Shown in pieces: positions 8,917 to 11,287 of a DNA stretch of 11,287 nt. The stretch comes from Amoeboradix gromovi X-113 (Eukaryota > Fungi > Sanchytriomycota). The position numbers and the translations under genes were made by a program. Position 1 is the stretch's first letter; each line of letters begins with the position of its first letter. The notes under the pieces were generated by a model. The model was not told the DNA's origin and did not search any database. It saw only the letters and a list, made by a program, of their open reading frames with translations. Location of the stretch: NCBI GenBank assembly GCA_018985225.1, contig JADGIF010000306.1:1-11287 (forward strand), read 5' to 3'.

Positions 8917-10047
8917 ATGTCTGAGATATTAAGAATAAAATCACATTCATCTAGGGGATTTTCATTAGATCTGGAAGACACGCCCTGGGATACCAATTGG
9001 GTAAGATTTAGGAAATTGATATTTACTACATTGACTGATCAACATGCGAATATAACAGCATGGTATTGGAACAAATTTATGCAGCTTTTAATTTTAGTGG
9101 TACTGTTATCGTATGTATTGGAGACTGTCAATTCGTTGTCGATGCATACTTATATATGGGAAGCGGTAGATATAGCAGCAATTATAATATTTTCCCTCGA
9201 ATATTTTGGGAAAATAATTTTTATACCAAAGTATAGCGCATTACCAAATATGATGCTTTCAACAGGCTGGGTAATAGATTTTATAACACTAGTGCCGTTC
9301 TACATCCAATTTTTTTTTGATTATATGAATAGTTCACACTTGGGAATATTAAGACTGACTCGAATTCTAAGAGTTTACAGATTTTTTAAGCTAAGTTACG
9401 CACCAAGACAGAGCCAAATATTTGTCATAGCATTTTTGAGGTCAAAAGATGCTTTGATGATTCTAGTCTATGTTATTACCGTGTTTGTGATCGTTTTTAG
9501 CACTTTTATATATTACGCTGAAATGACTATAGAAACTCCGCTAGGCAATAAATGGGTGTATACATCAGGTTTGAATGCTGGTACAGTGTCTCCATTTCAA
9601 AACATTCTAGATTCTATATGGTATACATTAGAGACTGCCAGTGTTGTTGGCTATGGTGACGTTATACCAAGCTCTGTTTTCGGGAAGATAGTGGGAGTTT
9701 TTATAGCCCTTAGTGGACTTTTTATGTTTGCATTTCCCATTTCCACACTATCAATTCGCATGAATGAAGTTTATTCCGAGTTTCTTAAGAGCGATACTGC
9801 GAAACGCCATTTAAAAGAAAACATTGTGCCTGCAAAGAAAAGAATAAAGTGGGAAAATGACGAGTTGTCCCCTGAACAGGAAGAGCTAGTGACTCTTATG
9901 CTAGAAGACTTGTTTGAGACAGAAGACACAATTAAAAAATTCAAAAAAAACATTGAACATACCAAAAGAGATCTTTTCACCCTAAGACACTCTCTAGCTA
10001 GTTTTGGGCGGATGAAGAAAGAAAATAAGAGCGGATACATTTATTGA
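8917..10047 (+). CDS. 6-transmembrane voltage-gated potassium channel (no T1 domain), 376 aa from ATG 8917
   Basis: S1-S3 with IFSLEY and IDF...VPFYI; S4 RLTRILRVYRFFK (9352-9390); pore helix/filter SIWYTLETASVVGYGDVIP; S6 GKIVG...SG...AFPIS; C-terminal coiled coil. The track start at 8914 is GTG, and the first ATG is 8917. Confidence 0.92.
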   Translation: MSEILRIKSHSSRGFSLDLEDTPWDTNWVRFRKLIFTTLTDQHANITAWYWNKFMQLLILVVLLSYVLETVNSLSMHTYIWEAVDIAAIIIFSLEYFGKIIFIPKYSALPNMMLSTGWVIDFITLVPFYIQFFFDYMNSSHLGILRLTRILRVYRFFKLSYAPRQSQIFVIAFLRSKDALMILVYVITVFVIVFSTFIYYAEMTIETPLGNKWVYTSGLNAGTVSPFQNILDSIWYTLETASVVGYGDVIPSSVFGKIVGVFIALSGLFMFAFPISTLSIRMNEVYSEFLKSDTAKRHLKENIVPAKKRIKWENDELSPEQEELVTLMLEDLFETEDTIKKFKKNIEHTKRDLFTLRHSLASFGRMKKENKSGYIY

Positions 10048-10064
10048 GTTGTTAAACAGCAAAA

Positions 10065-10364
10065 GATTTCAATTAAATAAATCATTTTATCGTGATTGCA
10101 TGAACCTAGTCGTTCCATTAGAGCTCTCTACAAGTTTCTAACTAAATACAGCAGATGTTTATTACTTCTCATCTGCGATAAATGACTTCTGACTGTAGAA
10201 CAGCATGCTCGGTATATAATAGCCATGTATTTAGATTTGGAACCATTTGCACTTGATAAAAAGAACGGTTTCGAGCTTTTGTGCAATTGGAGGTATCGCC
10301 AATAAGTATTATTGGAGCAATGAAGGTGGCAAAATCACGATAAATGGTTTATTCAGTTGAAGTC
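10065..10364. repeat. 300-bp element bounded by ~33-bp imperfect inverted repeats (10065-10097 / 10333-10364); MITE-like element or structured ncRNA
   Basis: On the + strand the arms pair with 28 Watson-Crick pairs, 3 G-U pairs, 1 mismatch and 1 bulge. Several nested internal stems; no ORF of 60 aa or more; no clear target-site duplication. Confidence 0.75.
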
Positions 10365-10405
10365 GATAACTGTCAAGGATAGTGTTGCATGAAATAAAAT
10401 ATCGA

Positions 10406-10411
10406 TTTATT
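10406..10411 (-). terminator. AATAAA hexamer overlapping the TAA stop of the PEF gene
   Basis: The minus strand reads AAT AAA TAA A, so two overlapping AATAAA hexamers lie at the stop. Confidence 0.5.
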
Positions 10412-10940
10412 TATTTCCCATCACTAGTTCTAGAAACGTCTCATAATTTATATTGATCCAACCGTCATTGTCGTTGTCAAATCTTCGAAATGAATCCGTC
10501 AAATTTTTAATTGTCACACAGCTCTGAATAAAGTTATCAAATGTTATTGAACCCCGACCTTCCATTATTTTTGAATAGTTACCTTTGGTGTCATATTTTA
10601 AAATCATAAGTGATACTAGTCTTGGAGACAAATTATAGCCAAAGTTTTGTAATGCTTGATGCAACTCGTTAGAATCAATTGTCCCGCTACGGTCCCTGTC
10701 GTATCCCTGGAATACTCGCTGCCAATCCAGAATATATTTCCAAAGAGCTTTAAACTCATCCCAAGTTATTCCTCCGCTGTTATCCAAATCAAATAAATTT
10801 ACCAAAAGTCGAATTGTTTCTTGGTTGAAATTAGAATAATCGGTGTTTCTCATGGCATATTGCAGCTCGTCCGAAGTAATGGATCCGTTACGATCGTTGT
10901 CAACACTTGAAAAGATTTGCCAAAGTGAATTTTCATCCAT
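10407..10940 (-). CDS. PEF1: Penta-EF-hand Ca2+-binding protein (Pef1/ALG-2/PDCD6 family), probably complement(join(10407..10558,10583..10940)), 169 aa
   Basis: EF loops DNDRNGSITSDE, DLDNSGGITWDE, DRDRSGTIDSNE and DNDNDGWININYE; signature segments F..LWKYI.DW..F, FGY.LS and FD.FIQ.CV....LTD.FRR. Confidence 0.92.
   Translation of the reverse strand: MDENSLWQIFSSVDNDRNGSITSDELQYAMRNTDYSNFNQETIRLLVNLFDLDNSGGITWDEFKALWKYILDWQRVFQGYDRDRSGTIDSNELHQALQNFGYNLSPRLVSLMILKYDTKGNYSKIMEGRGSITFDNFIQSCVTIKNLTDSFRRFDNDNDGWININYETFLELVMGNK
10559..10582 (-). other. 24-nt in-frame, stop-free intron, GTAACTATTCAAAAATAATGGAAG
   Basis: GTAAC donor, AAG acceptor. Removal converts KYDTKG-NYSKIMEG-RGSITFDNF to KYDTKGRGSITFDNF, which has the same length as the ALG-2 EF4 segment KFDRQGRGQIAFDDF. 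Confidence 0.7.
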
Positions 10941-11008
10941 CGTTCTAACAGGGAGTGTGACTTACTAGTACCCCGTACTAGAAATATTTTACCCATCGTA
11001 AGTAAATG

Positions 11009-11079
11009 CAAACGGGACATCAAATATAAAAACTGGACTAACTTTCAGTAACAACTTGGAATATTATTTCAGCTTTGTT
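11009..11079 (-). repeat. Dispersed repeat, copy B (may extend further toward the window end)
   Basis: Its reverse complement matches 1-71 at 65/71 positions. The comparison stops only because copy A runs off the window. Confidence 0.92.
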
Positions 11080-11287
11080 AATTTTATGGATTTAAGAGGC
11101 GAGTGGACATTCAGCTAGTTGCGGAGTTGACGAGTATAAAAGGAGAATAAATATTCTGTACAGCTATTCTCTTACTCTTTCATCCAATCTTTATTTCAAA
11201 TAAAATATCACTATTACTCTGTAAAAGCTAGAATAGATAAGAGTAATGATGTTAGTATAACATTACAAAATGACTCTAGAAAAGAGT

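Noticed and set aside
115-10940. Alternative genetic code (TAA/TAG read as Gln)
   Set aside because: Long ORFs are free of in-frame TAA/TAG, conserved proteins end at TAA, and the apparent premature stops are explained by introns.
1986-10940. A functional gene cluster (detoxification or Ca2+/membrane module)
   Set aside because: The genes have unrelated housekeeping roles; adjacency in a compact genome is not evidence of a pathway.
11139-11287. Open + strand frame running off the window end
   Set aside because: No start codon in frame and no recognisable motif.

Overview
AT-rich, gene-dense eukaryotic DNA read in the standard code (stops TAA/TGA). It is very probably from an early-diverging fungus, inferred from a recognisable SPT8, a fungal-type OSGIN-like flavoprotein and a 6TM Kv channel. 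Six genes are supported: PX-domain sorting nexin (+), short ABCC/Yor1-MRP4-like exporter (+), OSGIN-like FAD oxidoreductase (+), SAGA subunit Spt8 (+), voltage-gated K+ channel (+) and penta-EF-hand Pef1/ALG-2 (-). The ORF track splits two genes because they contain ultra-short, exactly 20-nt GT-AG introns (763-782 and 5539-5558), both ending A-T-N-TAG. A 24-nt stop-free in-frame intron is hidden in the PEF ORF. Other signals: a K+ selectivity filter altered to SVVGYGD; a 300-bp element closed by 33-bp inverted arms and filled with nested hairpins between the convergent Kv and PEF genes; a 71-bp, 65/71-identical repeat in inverted orientation at both ends of the window; and AATAAA signals fused to TAA stop codons. 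All protein identifications rest on motif recognition from memory, not database searches.
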